Sequence record: SRR20825010_2269
Reading direction: 5' to 3' (one strand)
Length of the DNA: 47,024 nt
Shown piece after piece: positions 30,217-40,100 of this stretch. The notes under the pieces are model-generated. The model saw nothing but the letters and a program-made list of their open reading frames with translations. It ran no database searches and had not been told where the DNA came from. Position numbers and translations under genes: made by a program. How positions within the stretch are numbered: the first letter of the stretch is position 1; every line of letters begins with the position of its first letter.

Positions 30217-30315
30217 TTATCCCCAGAATACCATCGAAAAGATAATTCCAAGCAATACAATAGTGACTATTGTTCCGATTGCAGCTGTAGAACTTTCAAA
30301 AAAATTATCCGCCAT
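30217..30315 (-). CDS. Small 32-aa single-pass membrane protein (unannotated)
   Basis: MADNFFESSTAAIGTIVTIVLLGIIFSMVFWG*; ATG with AT-rich leader, TACCTTTG promoter upstream and terminator downstream. Confidence 0.7.
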   Translation of the reverse strand: MADNFFESSTAAIGTIVTIVLLGIIFSMVFWG

Positions 30316-30331
30316 GACTTATTGTTTTTAT

Positions 30332-30339
30332 CAAAGGTA
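30332..30339 (-). promoter_or_regulatory. -7 promoter element (TACCTTTG) of the small ORF
   Basis: Exact TAnnTTTG match 16 nt upstream of the ATG at 30315. Confidence 0.65.
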
Positions 30340-30486
30340 TAAAAATATAATTGAACCAATTCCATTATCCGTTTGGAATCTCACAGGAAATTTAAACCGC
30401 CCCATCATTTTCAAATCTCAAAAGATTTACCGATCTTATATCCGACAAAATGTATAATTTTCGGTTGTTAAATCAAATATATTTGG

Positions 30487-32004
30487 ATGGATTTATTGGG
30501 TAATATCTTAAAAGGAACGACAAAAGTTGGATACAATAGACAAGTTAAGAAATCGCAAAAACTTAAAGATCAAAATTATACCCTCCACAAACTCCTTACG
30601 AGAGCGCGACTTACCGATTTCGGAATGGCGCACAATTACACCGATATTCTTGCCTCTGAGCAACCTTCACGAACGTTTCGCGAGAACGTTCCACTTACAA
30701 ATTATGAGCAGTTTCACGCGAAATGGTTAAATAAAGCGCTAGAAGACAAACGGAACATTACTTGGCCTGGGAGAATTCCATTTTACGCACTTTCCTCTGG
30801 AACAACCAATTCTCCAAGTAAACGAATTCCTGTTTCTGACGGAATGTTGCGACAATTTCAACGCGTTACTATTCAGCAAATAGTAGGAATTCACAAATTG
30901 GAGTTTCCTTCTGCATTTTTTGAATCTCAGGTGTTAATTATTGGCGGTTCAACAGAATTGGAAAAAGTAGGCGCGCACTACGAAGGGGATTTAAGTGGGA
31001 TTTTAGCTAAAAACAAATCGTTTATTCTCTCTCCATTCACTAAACCGCGCCGAAAAATTTCAAAAATTCGCGACTGGAATGAGAAAATGGAGGAAATAGT
31101 GAAGAAAGCAGATCAGTGGGACATTGGAATCATTGCTGGCGTTCCTTCTTGGATTACGTTGTTAATTGAGAATATTATCAAGCATTATAATCTTGAGAGT
31201 ATTCATGATATCTGGCCCAACTTCTCACTTTATTCCCACGGCGGTATTTTTATTGACCCCTACAAAGAACGACTGAACAAACTCTTCGCAAAACCTGTTT
31301 ACTTTCAGAATACCTATTTAGCAAGCGAAGGATACTTTGGTTTTCAGCGCAACTTCTTCGAGGATGGGATGGAGTTACTGCTTTCGAATGGGGTTTACTT
31401 TGAATTTATCGAAACGCAGCATTTTGAGAAGATTCAGAACGGAGATTTTACAGACATTTCTACGTTAAATATCGACGAAGTAGAGCAAAATGTTCCTTAT
31501 GGATTGGTGATTTCAACCTGTTCCGGTCTCTGGCGTTATGTTATTGGAGACGTTGTTGAATTTATTGAACTCGAAACCAAAAGAATCAATATCGTTGGAA
31601 GGATTTCGTTTGGATTAAGCATTGTTGGAGAACACCTTTCAGACGGAAATATGCTCGACGCGATGCGAAAAGTGAGTGCTGATTTAGGGCTTATCGTAGA
31701 AGAGTTTTGTGTACACCCAAATAGCGAAACGAATGGTCATCATTGGTACCTCGGACTTCAAAATCCGGAGGTTGTTGATGGAGAAATATTCGCTGAATTA
31801 CTCGATAAAGAAATTAAGGCCAACAACGATGATTATGCATCGATACGGAAATCATTACTTAAGTCTCCAACGGTTCTTCCCCTTTCGGTAGATACTTTTT
31901 ATGGATTTATGGAGCTGCGAGGTAAAATTGGTGGGCAGAATAAATTTCCTAGGGTTTTAAAAGAAGGACAAATTGAAGAGTGGAAAGCGTTTATCTCCAG
32001 GTAA
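30487..32004 (+). CDS. GH3 family protein, second paralogue
   Basis: ALSSGTT, YLASEGYFG, GLWRYVIGD, KIGGQNKFPRV. Confidence 0.92.
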   Translation: MDLLGNILKGTTKVGYNRQVKKSQKLKDQNYTLHKLLTRARLTDFGMAHNYTDILASEQPSRTFRENVPLTNYEQFHAKWLNKALEDKRNITWPGRIPFYALSSGTTNSPSKRIPVSDGMLRQFQRVTIQQIVGIHKLEFPSAFFESQVLIIGGSTELEKVGAHYEGDLSGILAKNKSFILSPFTKPRRKISKIRDWNEKMEEIVKKADQWDIGIIAGVPSWITLLIENIIKHYNLESIHDIWPNFSLYSHGGIFIDPYKERLNKLFAKPVYFQNTYLASEGYFGFQRNFFEDGMELLLSNGVYFEFIETQHFEKIQNGDFTDISTLNIDEVEQNVPYGLVISTCSGLWRYVIGDVVEFIELETKRINIVGRISFGLSIVGEHLSDGNMLDAMRKVSADLGLIVEEFCVHPNSETNGHHWYLGLQNPEVVDGEIFAELLDKEIKANNDDYASIRKSLLKSPTVLPLSVDTFYGFMELRGKIGGQNKFPRVLKEGQIEEWKAFISR

Positions 32005-32012
32005 TTTGCTGT

Positions 32013-32690
32013 TTACTTAAGATTCCATACCAATCCACAAAGAAGGCTTTGTCTTACGGAAGAATTACTCACCCAAATCTGTTGCAATTCTTGGCTGCAT
32101 CCTAGATAGACCTTATATTCTGGCTCTATGCTGAGACTTGATGTAATTGGAATTCGATAACCAGTTCTCATCAGTAAACCAAATGTGAACGGCTTGATAA
32201 AACCGTCCATCTCATTGAGATTCGTTTTGTTATACGTTGATGTGTATGGCGATATTCCAGTCTGCCAATATTCTCTGACTCCACTGAGTTTTTGATTTAC
32301 CAACCAATTAAAACTAACTCCGAAGGACATGTAAAAAGGATCAGATCTTCGAAGATTAAACGGATACGCTTCCAAACCAATAACATCTAACTTAACCGAT
32401 CCATTCAATTTACCGCCAGCAAAATGACCAGCATTTTCCGATGATGATATATCACTCTCATAATGTTGAAAAATGACGGATGCCCTCATTGGAAGTGTGT
32501 CCCCAAATAACGCAATATCGTCAATAGTACACTGAAATGAATACCCATATTTACCTTTAAAGTCTCTATTCCTTCTTTCCCTTAAACTTCCAAAATAATC
32601 ATGTCTATTCGCTCCTCCAGAAAACGAGAGGGTTTGCGCATTAACAGGTGTTAAAAAGAGTAAAAAGAATATAAAAAGCAGTGGCCGCAT
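32013..32690 (-). CDS. Hypothetical outer-membrane beta-barrel protein
   Basis: Signal peptide, amphipathic beta strands, C-terminal GLVWNLK. Confidence 0.65.
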   Translation of the reverse strand: MRPLLFIFFLLFLTPVNAQTLSFSGGANRHDYFGSLRERRNRDFKGKYGYSFQCTIDDIALFGDTLPMRASVIFQHYESDISSSENAGHFAGGKLNGSVKLDVIGLEAYPFNLRRSDPFYMSFGVSFNWLVNQKLSGVREYWQTGISPYTSTYNKTNLNEMDGFIKPFTFGLLMRTGYRIPITSSLSIEPEYKVYLGCSQELQQIWVSNSSVRQSLLCGLVWNLK

Positions 32691-32744
32691 GATAGTCAAG
32701 TTTATCTATAACTATCATAACGCAAAATGTAGCTGATTGGTTTG

Positions 32745-33467
32745 TTAATCTCTTCTACCCAAAAGTTGCATCAACACAATAACGAGCGAAGTAATCGCCG
32801 CTAGAGCAGCTACGACATACGTCATTGCGGCCCATTTTAAGGCATCTTTCGACATTTCATACTCACCATGAGTAGCAGTTCCGCTATCTTTAATCCATGC
32901 CAACGCACGCTTTGAAGCATCGAATTCTACTGGCAATGTCACAACGCTAAAAAGTGCCATAACTCCATAACCTGCTACCATTAGCCAAAGGACTAAATCA
33001 ACTGGGAAAGCTGTAAAAAGCGCATATCCTCCAAACATGAGTACCATCATGAGAATTTGCAATATTCGCCCAGAAACATTTTGAATTGGAACTAACTTTG
33101 AGCGCAAAGTCAACCACTGATAAGCCGTAGCATGTTGTACCGCATGTCCGCACTCGTGCGCAGCAACCGCAGCTGCTGCAGCATTTCGTTCATTGTAGAC
33201 AGCTTCAGAAAGATTCACTGTTTTATTCAACGGATTGTAGTGATCTGTAAGTTGTCCTTGAACAGAAATCACTTTAACATCATAAATTCCGTAATGTTTC
33301 AGCATTTGTTCAGCAATTTCCTTCCCAGACATCCCGCGTTGCGATGCAATTTTGCTGTATTTTGCAAAGCGCGATTTCAATTGATAGCTTACCAACGCGC
33401 CAATTCCCATAAACACGAATCCCGCGATTATGATTGGCAAAAAACTAATTCCTTGAGTTGCTCCCAT
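32745..33467 (-). CDS. Membrane zinc metallopeptidase (YugP / Zn_peptidase_2 family)
   Basis: LTDHYNP, AAHECGHAVQH (HExxH), TLPVEFDASKRA, AAMTYV. Confidence 0.92.
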   Translation of the reverse strand: MGATQGISFLPIIIAGFVFMGIGALVSYQLKSRFAKYSKIASQRGMSGKEIAEQMLKHYGIYDVKVISVQGQLTDHYNPLNKTVNLSEAVYNERNAAAAAVAAHECGHAVQHATAYQWLTLRSKLVPIQNVSGRILQILMMVLMFGGYALFTAFPVDLVLWLMVAGYGVMALFSVVTLPVEFDASKRALAWIKDSGTATHGEYEMSKDALKWAAMTYVVAALAAITSLVIVLMQLLGRRD

Positions 33468-33506
33468 AATAAATCAAATTAGTTTAACATCAGAAAGAAA
33501 GTTGAT

Positions 33507-34217
33507 TTACTCTCTTCCGAGAATTCTCAATAAAGACATGAAAAGGTTGATAAACAGGATGTAAAGTTGCAAACCACCTACAAGTGCTAATTTACTTCTA
33601 TCCATTCCGCTTAACGAACCATCTTGAGAGATCCGCTTTAGTTGTTGCATGTAATAAGCTGTAAGTCCAGTAAAGACAAACACTCCTATTACAGAAATTG
33701 CAAAATCAAGCATTCCACTTCCAATGAATATATTAGCAATACCTGCAATGAAAATCCCAATAAATGCCATATAAAGCAAACTTCCCATTTTGGTCAAGTC
33801 TGTTTTAGTTGTATAACCCAAAACTGCCATCGCTGCGAATCCACCTGCTGCGGAAACAAACGCTAACAAAATGGTTGTTGGTGGAAACACTAATAAAATA
33901 GTACTCAGAGAAAGTCCCATTAAAATTGCGTACCCCAAAAAACTCGCCATCAGCACTCCGAAAGAGAGGCGACGATACGCCATTTGAATCAACAATGCCA
34001 AACCTACAGGTGCGAACAAGATGATATAATAAAAAGGAGAAGCACCTGTTTCAGTAAAAAAGTACTTAAATACAAATCCGCTATTTGCTGCCCAATAGGC
34101 AATCACTCCAGATAAACCAAGCGCAACGAACATGTAACTATACACTGACTTAAAGAAATCGCGTGTGATATCTTTTGAGTATCCGTCAGCGTATTGTTGG
34201 TCTAAAATTTCATTCAT
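33507..34217 (-). CDS. Bax inhibitor-1/YccA family membrane protein
   Basis: About 7 TM helices, VYSYM, GYTTKTDLT, LYILFINLF. Confidence 0.9.
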   Translation of the reverse strand: MNEILDQQYADGYSKDITRDFFKSVYSYMFVALGLSGVIAYWAANSGFVFKYFFTETGASPFYYIILFAPVGLALLIQMAYRRLSFGVLMASFLGYAILMGLSLSTILLVFPPTTILLAFVSAAGGFAAMAVLGYTTKTDLTKMGSLLYMAFIGIFIAGIANIFIGSGMLDFAISVIGVFVFTGLTAYYMQQLKRISQDGSLSGMDRSKLALVGGLQLYILFINLFMSLLRILGRE

Positions 34218-34304
34218 TTTTTTAACGATTATTTTTACACATAAAGATACACATTAGAAGATGCATCTTGTATCACAATTAACAAAAAATAAGAATCGCG
34301 GTTC

Positions 34305-34892
34305 CTAGTGGAGTTTCGCTTGAACAAGGTCGATAAACTCCTTACGTGTAGAATCATTCGTCATGAATAGCCCCGTAAACGCACTTGAAGTTGTTGAAGA
34401 GTTTTGCTTTTGAACACCGCGCATTTGCATGCACATGTGGGCAGCTTCAATTACAACTGCTACACCTTTTGGTTTAAGCGTACGTTGAATACAGTCACGA
34501 ATTTCTAAAGTCAATCTCTCTTGCACTTGCAAACGACGCGCATAGGCATCAACAACGCGTGGAATTTTGCTCAATCCAACTATTTTTCCGTTTGGAATGT
34601 ATGCAACGTGTGCTTTTCCGAAAAATGGCAGCATGTGATGTTCGCAAAGTGAGTACAATTCAATGTCTTTCACGATGACCATTTCCGAATATTCTTCGTG
34701 AAAAATGGCCTGCTCGATAAGTTTGTCTGGATTCTGATCGTACCCTCGCGTTAAAAACTGCATCGCTTTCGCAACCCGTTCAGGAGTTTTTAATAACCCT
34801 TCACGATTCGGATCTTCTCCCAATTCTTCAATCACCTGACGGTAATTTTTGGAAAGTACTTCTGTAATTTTATCGTTGTATTCTTCTGCCAT
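34305..34892 (-). CDS. folE: GTP cyclohydrolase I
   Basis: [48 protein letters not shown]. Confidence 0.97.
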   Translation of the reverse strand: MAEEYNDKITEVLSKNYRQVIEELGEDPNREGLLKTPERVAKAMQFLTRGYDQNPDKLIEQAIFHEEYSEMVIVKDIELYSLCEHHMLPFFGKAHVAYIPNGKIVGLSKIPRVVDAYARRLQVQERLTLEIRDCIQRTLKPKGVAVVIEAAHMCMQMRGVQKQNSSTTSSAFTGLFMTNDSTRKEFIDLVQAKLH

Positions 34893-34951
34893 GCTTTGAA
34901 TTGTTCCTCCGTTTATGGATAATTTGGGAGGGATCTCTGTCTCGAAAATAC

Positions 34952-35383
34952 CTAAAAAGGTTCGTTCCCTCCGAAGTATTCAACGAAATTGTTTTCTGTT
35001 TCTACTAATTTTATTTTTGCAAGCTCTCCACCTGCCATTCGTATTGGGTCTTTAATTCGATTCCAAATTTCGATGATTACATTCTCTGTTGAAGCAAGCA
35101 TTCCTTGCAAAAACGGCACATCTAAATTCAAATTCTTGTGATCCAAAGGCTCAATAACTTCGTCTTTGATTATTTCACTTAAGTCTTTTAAATTCATCAC
35201 GAAACCTGTATCGGGGTTCGGAACCCCTTTTACAGTAACGTAAATCGTAAAGTTGTGTCCATGCCAGTTATGATTACTGCATTTCCCGAACACTTCCCAG
35301 TTTTTTTCCTCAGACCAATCTTCCCGCCAGAGCTTATGCGCTGCGTTGAATGTCTCTCTTCGTGTAATATATACTGTCTTCAC
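34952..35383 (-). CDS. 6-pyruvoyl-tetrahydropterin synthase family protein (PTPS-II-type motif)
   Basis: [35 protein letters not shown]; start GTG 35383 (TTG 35392 is an alternative). Confidence 0.88.
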   Translation of the reverse strand: MKTVYITRRETFNAAHKLWREDWSEEKNWEVFGKCSNHNWHGHNFTIYVTVKGVPNPDTGFVMNLKDLSEIIKDEVIEPLDHKNLNLDVPFLQGMLASTENVIIEIWNRIKDPIRMAGGELAKIKLVETENNFVEYFGGNEPF

Positions 35384-35400
35384 TCGCTTCAAATAAAGTG

Positions 35401-35408
35401 CAAATATA
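35401..35408 (-). promoter_or_regulatory. -7 promoter element (TATATTTG) for PTPS-folE
   Basis: TAnnTTTG match just upstream of the inferred start. Confidence 0.6.
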
Positions 35409-35494
35409 CGCAGGAGTTGGGAAACTTGAAATTCAGAGTGAAACATCTTATAAGAATAAACAGCAGATGTGAACCTGAGTTTGATTACTCGAAG

Positions 35495-35502
35495 TATCTT
35501 TG
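35495..35502 (+). promoter_or_regulatory. -7 promoter element (TATCTTTG) for tlyA
   Basis: TAnnTTTG match 4 nt upstream of the ATG at 35507. Confidence 0.6.
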
Positions 35503-35506
35503 TCCT

Positions 35507-36241
35507 ATGGAAGAAGAACGCCTCGATAAAATTCTCATGCAACGCAATCTTGTATCAACAAGAGTTCGTGCGGAAAAAATCATTCGCGAAGTTGGAGTGA
35601 AGGTCAACGGTAAATTGATTACAAAAACGGGAAAAAAGATTCCTGTGGATGCGCATATTGAAATGATTGCGGAAGAAATTCCATGGGTTTCTCGTGGTGC
35701 TCTCAAGTTAATTGAAGCGATAAATCATTGGAAACCTGAGATGGATGGAAAAGTGTTCTTGGACATTGGTGCATCAACGGGTGGGTTTACTGAAGTACTT
35801 CTTGCAAATGGCGCATCTAAAGTATTTTGCGTAGATGTAGGGCACAGTCAGTTGCATCCTCGAATTGCAAATGATGAACGTACCGTTAACCTAGAAAAAA
35901 CACACGTTCGAGAGCTTACTACACGTCAAATCCCTGAAAAAGTGGATGGTTGTGTTATTGATGTTTCTTTTATCTCGCTGGAAAAAATCTTTCCGTTTGT
36001 TCATTCTTTCCTGAAGGATGACGCGTTTGTGATCACACTGATCAAGCCACAGTTTGAAGTTGGAAAGGATAATATTGCCAAAGGAGGCATCGTGAAGAAC
36101 AAAAATCTCTACCCAACCGTCATTGAAAAAATCAAGCAGGTTGCTCTTTTAAATAATTTAACATTTATTGATCTCGCTGATTCTCCGATACTTGGCGGTG
36201 ATGGAAACAAGGAATTCCTCATTTATTTTAGAAAAAAATAA
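35507..36241 (+). CDS. tlyA: TlyA-family rRNA (cytidine-2'-O)-methyltransferase
   Basis: S4 domain ERLD, VSRGALKL, LDIGASTGGFT, DVSFISL, LIKPQFE, GNKEFL. Confidence 0.93.
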   Translation: MEEERLDKILMQRNLVSTRVRAEKIIREVGVKVNGKLITKTGKKIPVDAHIEMIAEEIPWVSRGALKLIEAINHWKPEMDGKVFLDIGASTGGFTEVLLANGASKVFCVDVGHSQLHPRIANDERTVNLEKTHVRELTTRQIPEKVDGCVIDVSFISLEKIFPFVHSFLKDDAFVITLIKPQFEVGKDNIAKGGIVKNKNLYPTVIEKIKQVALLNNLTFIDLADSPILGGDGNKEFLIYFRKK

Positions 36242-36249
36242 ACCTCGAC

Positions 36250-36277
36250 TAAACCTTTTGGTGAAATCGTGATCCAA
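36250..36277 (+). promoter_or_regulatory. Putative ECF-type promoter (TAAACC-N15-GATCCAA) for the EF-hand gene
   Basis: Same -35 hexamer and spacing as the element at 9544-9571. Confidence 0.45.
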
Positions 36278-36308
36278 TGTGTAGTAGAAACAATAAAAAC
36301 ACAAAATC

Positions 36309-36827
36309 ATGAGAACACTAAAATTTGGAATTATTGCATTAGGACTTATGTCAACTACAATGATTAATGCGCAAGAAAGAGGAAATGGTGATAAATTCTT
36401 CGAAAAAATGGACACCAATTCTGACGGCGTTGTTAGTAAAGCAGAATTCATTGCTTCAAAGGAAGGTAAGACGCGAAAGGATGGAGAAGCTGTGGATGCC
36501 GAGAAACGTTTTGCGAAAATGGATTTAAACGGCGACGGTAATTTTGATCGAGCTGAATTCGATAAGCTTCGTGAGCAACATGCTGAACGTGCTGAAAACA
36601 GACCAGAGCGCGACGGAGAAAAGGTCTTCCAAAAAATGGATGCCAACAGCGATGGTTTAATCAGTAAAGCAGAATTTAAAGCGAAGCACGAAGGAAAAAC
36701 CAATAAAAAAGGTGAAGCTATTGATTCTGACAAGCGATTTGAAAAACTCGATTCAAATAAAGATGGAAACATCGATAAAACAGAATTCGAAAATGCAAAA
36801 AAAGCGCACGAAGGGAAAAAGAAATAG
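36309..36827 (+). CDS. Secreted EF-hand calcium-binding protein (4 EF-hands)
   Basis: Signal peptide; loops DTNSDGVVSKAE, DLNGDGNFDRAE, DANSDGLISKAE, DSNKDGNIDKTE. Confidence 0.9.
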   Translation: MRTLKFGIIALGLMSTTMINAQERGNGDKFFEKMDTNSDGVVSKAEFIASKEGKTRKDGEAVDAEKRFAKMDLNGDGNFDRAEFDKLREQHAERAENRPERDGEKVFQKMDANSDGLISKAEFKAKHEGKTNKKGEAIDSDKRFEKLDSNKDGNIDKTEFENAKKAHEGKKK

Positions 36828-36864
36828 CCTTCTGAGTTTTAAACATAAATAACTCTCCATATTG

Positions 36865-36895
36865 AAAGCCAGACGTCATTGTCTGGCTTTTTTTT
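36865..36895 (+). terminator. Rho-independent terminator of the EF-hand gene
   Basis: AAAGCCAGAC-N6-GTCTGGC followed by a run of 8 T. Confidence 0.88.
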
Positions 36896-36920
36896 GTGTT
36901 GATAAGGCAAACCATACTTG

Positions 36921-36963
36921 GTGACTCAATTCATTTGGAAACAAATAATTGAGTCGCGTTTTT
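36921..36963 (+). other. Long hairpin with GAAA tetraloop followed by T-run
   Basis: GTGACTCAATT(C)ATTTG-GAAA-CAAATAATTGAGTCGC-GTTTTT. Confidence 0.6.
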
Positions 36964-37179
36964 CGATTAATGAAATTTCGTACATTGGTTGAAAATCTAA
37001 CCGAGATCAATTAACTGTATGAGTTTTCTTAGCAAAAAGGCGTTCACAAACAACGCCAAAAATCAACCTTTAAAATCTGTAGATCATTGCATTATAGTGT
37101 GAAATGCATTACCCATCTAATTCATAGCCACAACGAAATAGCCTAAGTCACACCACTATAACTAAATAAAAAGGAAGTC

Positions 37180-40100
37180 ATGAGTACTAAAAAAGTGAAA
37201 CCTGTAAGCGTAAAAGTTGAAAAAAACTCTTCGTATCCTAACCCTTCAGATTGGATTAAGAATCCTAAATCTCTCAAACGCAGTACAGTTGCATATGACT
37301 CAATTGCATATAGAAAACTAACCCATTTTACCGTTGATTCCAAAATAATAACTTATGATTTATCGGGGTTCGAAGCTGAAGATAAAATTACCCTCGAAGC
37401 TCCCGAAAACAAAGAAAACAGAGCCAATATCTATATTCATGTCATTCTTTTTGGAAGTACTATAGTACTTTCTCAATTAGATTTTTCGGAGCTAGATACC
37501 CAATATACTCATTGGCTTAAGTTCGAAGATGAGAGAAAAAAATACACAATAGATGTAATGGCCACAACTATTGATTTATGTATTTCCAGTGCTGAGCATC
37601 TTGACACAAAATGGAAAATCATAGGCCTTCATTGTAATCTTTTGATTGTTCCTGAATATAATAACAACACAAGACTTCATGCATGCTTTTCACTGCATAA
37701 TAATCTTAATAAATCACTTCAAAAAAATCAAGATGGAATATCAGCGTGCCATTTTAATGAGCTAAAAGTCCAGGCGACCAATTATGAAAACATCTATCAA
37801 AGCCACAATATAGGTACTGTACTACAAAGCTTTTTTGCTTCTAATGACCCCACTTATAGTCTCCCTAATCATTATTCGAAAAAGTACATTACTCAAAATA
37901 CGCTCAAAGTAGCAATTGAAAACCTCGATGATCCACATGCCAATACGAATAGTGTTTATGTGAAAATGGCTCATCAACATACTATGTGTAAATTTCTGAG
38001 CTATCTTATTTCAAGGGAAAAACAGGGCATCCGTCTTTCATTGGGGAAAAGCGAAAGTCAACCTGAGCATATAGATGTTTCGATGCTAAAATTCTTTGAT
38101 CTTGTGGAAACAATAAACAATTCCGCACAAAGTGAGTATCAGAATTTGTCTTTAGATGAAATATCCAACCAAAGTAATTTAAAAACCCAAGTAAGTGCAC
38201 TAAAAAAAATTGATCCTATTCTATTAGATATTTTTGGTAGTAGCAGAATTGCTGAAATAATAAATTCAAGAACGTATTTCAGTGACTTGGTCAGAGATTT
38301 CAATGGGAATAATGGAGAAGAGTCAATTCATAATATATTTCATGAAAAAGACAATCAAGTGATGATGACATTAAACACCTTGAGTCTTATTTCTCATAAG
38401 CGGGAAGACTTCTCTGGTAATGATGCACAAAAACCAGTTCCGAAAGATATTAATCTATCTCAAGACCTTGTTCTTGACTATAATGATCCAATAGTAGCCT
38501 ATCGAATTGAACAAGATAGTTTACTTAACTTTTTGGAACAAAACCCTGTTGTTTCTGACTACTATTTGTTCTTATATGGCTATTGGAATAACAAAATGAA
38601 AGAAAGTAATGACTATAAAAGTATCGATCATCCAATAGATAAAATTGAAGCTGCAAGTCGTCATGAAATATTACCGAGCATTTCCTATCAGATAGACTAT
38701 CTCAACAGATTAAAATCTCCGATCATGCCTATCTATAATCTCATAAAACTTACTGATTTTTCCAGAAATTATACAGACTCCATCAGAAGTCAATTGTCTT
38801 CTATCGCTTTGAATCCTTTTAGTAAAAAAGCTCAAGAGGATAACAATTATCTCTATTTATTATGTCGCAATATGCGAAACTCAATGATTGAATTTCAAAC
38901 AGTTATTGATAGATCTCAAAAGATCAGTGAAAATGAAAGAACACGTTTCGAAAAAGAAATCGCGTCAAATGACTTTCAATGTAATGTAGATATTTTGTCC
39001 CGAATTTTTAGTGATTTCTATGACATAACTAATTACTATACGAGTTTCTTTGCGGGCAATTCAATTGAATTGTCAGGTCTAAGAGCAAGTAAACTAAATG
39101 AGCTCTTGAATTCTGGATTAAGCCTTGTTAATCACGATGAAATACTCAATGCCATCAAGCTTAGTGAAACCAATGTAATCGGTGCTATAGATAAAATCAA
39201 AGAGAATTTCGACACATACATTCAATCCATACAGAAGTATAATCATACAATGCATGATACGTTTGAGGCGCTTGTCGAAAATAACGCTTCTAATTTTGAG
39301 ATGTTATGCGCAGGAACAAAAAGAGTATTTGACGAAATTGACAAATTAAAAATCGAGACGAATGAACACTATGACAAATTCGTAGAAGAATACAAAAAAG
39401 AAGCATTAAAGGAACAGGATAATGATTCAGCACGAAGAAATAAATCTACCGCGATGTTTATATTCGAAGGGATTCTCAAAGGCTTTAAGGCAGCAGAAGC
39501 ATTTGCGGAAGGAAAGGTGTTAAACGGAATCGAAAACTTGTATGGTGCCTTTAAAAGTTTTGATTCAATAATGCATTACTCCAATGATTTAAAGGCTATA
39601 CCAGAAAAAGATAAAATGAAAGGATTCATTGAGTATGACTTCCAAGATGACTTTAAAATAATTACGGAGGCCGAGATAAAAAATCATTTCATAAAAGTAA
39701 CGTCTGAAATATCTGTATTTGATGAATTTGCAGGTACGCATCGCCAAACTGTGACTGATGATTTGCAAAAAATGTCCAACTTAGCGGTTGAAAGCCTCAA
39801 GTTACGTGATAAGCATATTGAACTGCAGAGCAAAGATTATTTCTTGCGAAATAAGTTAATCGCCATAGATCAATTTAGCACACAACTAGCTCAAATTACC
39901 TCTGACACAAAAGACGAAAAGAAATCTGTTGAGGAGTTAGATAAAGCCTTTTATTTGATGGAACAAATCAAACAAATTGAGTTCAATAACAAGATGCATC
40001 GATTGGTAATCCTGAATAAATATAAGATCGTAAAACAGTATGAAGAAAACAGCAAGATCTTTGATTTTTCAACAATCAGAAATTTCAATGATATAACACC

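Noticed and set aside
30263-30457. 64-aa plus-strand ORF between the GH3 genes
   Set aside because: Overlaps the better-supported minus-strand small ORF and promoter region; no recognisable features
34893-34951. CCTCC/GGAGG pairing upstream of folE as a possible riboswitch or SD-sequestering stem
   Set aside because: Only a 5-bp stem, GGAGG is 13 nt from the ATG, SD use is rare in this phylum and no aptamer is recognisable
35255-35542. Apparent head-to-head overlap of the PTPS and tlyA ORFs
   Set aside because: Artefact of longest-ORF start calling; family homology and promoter motifs place the starts near 35383 and 35507
36158-36772. 204-aa minus-strand ORF
   Set aside because: Antisense shadow of the repetitive EF-hand gene; Ser/Phe-rich with no domain
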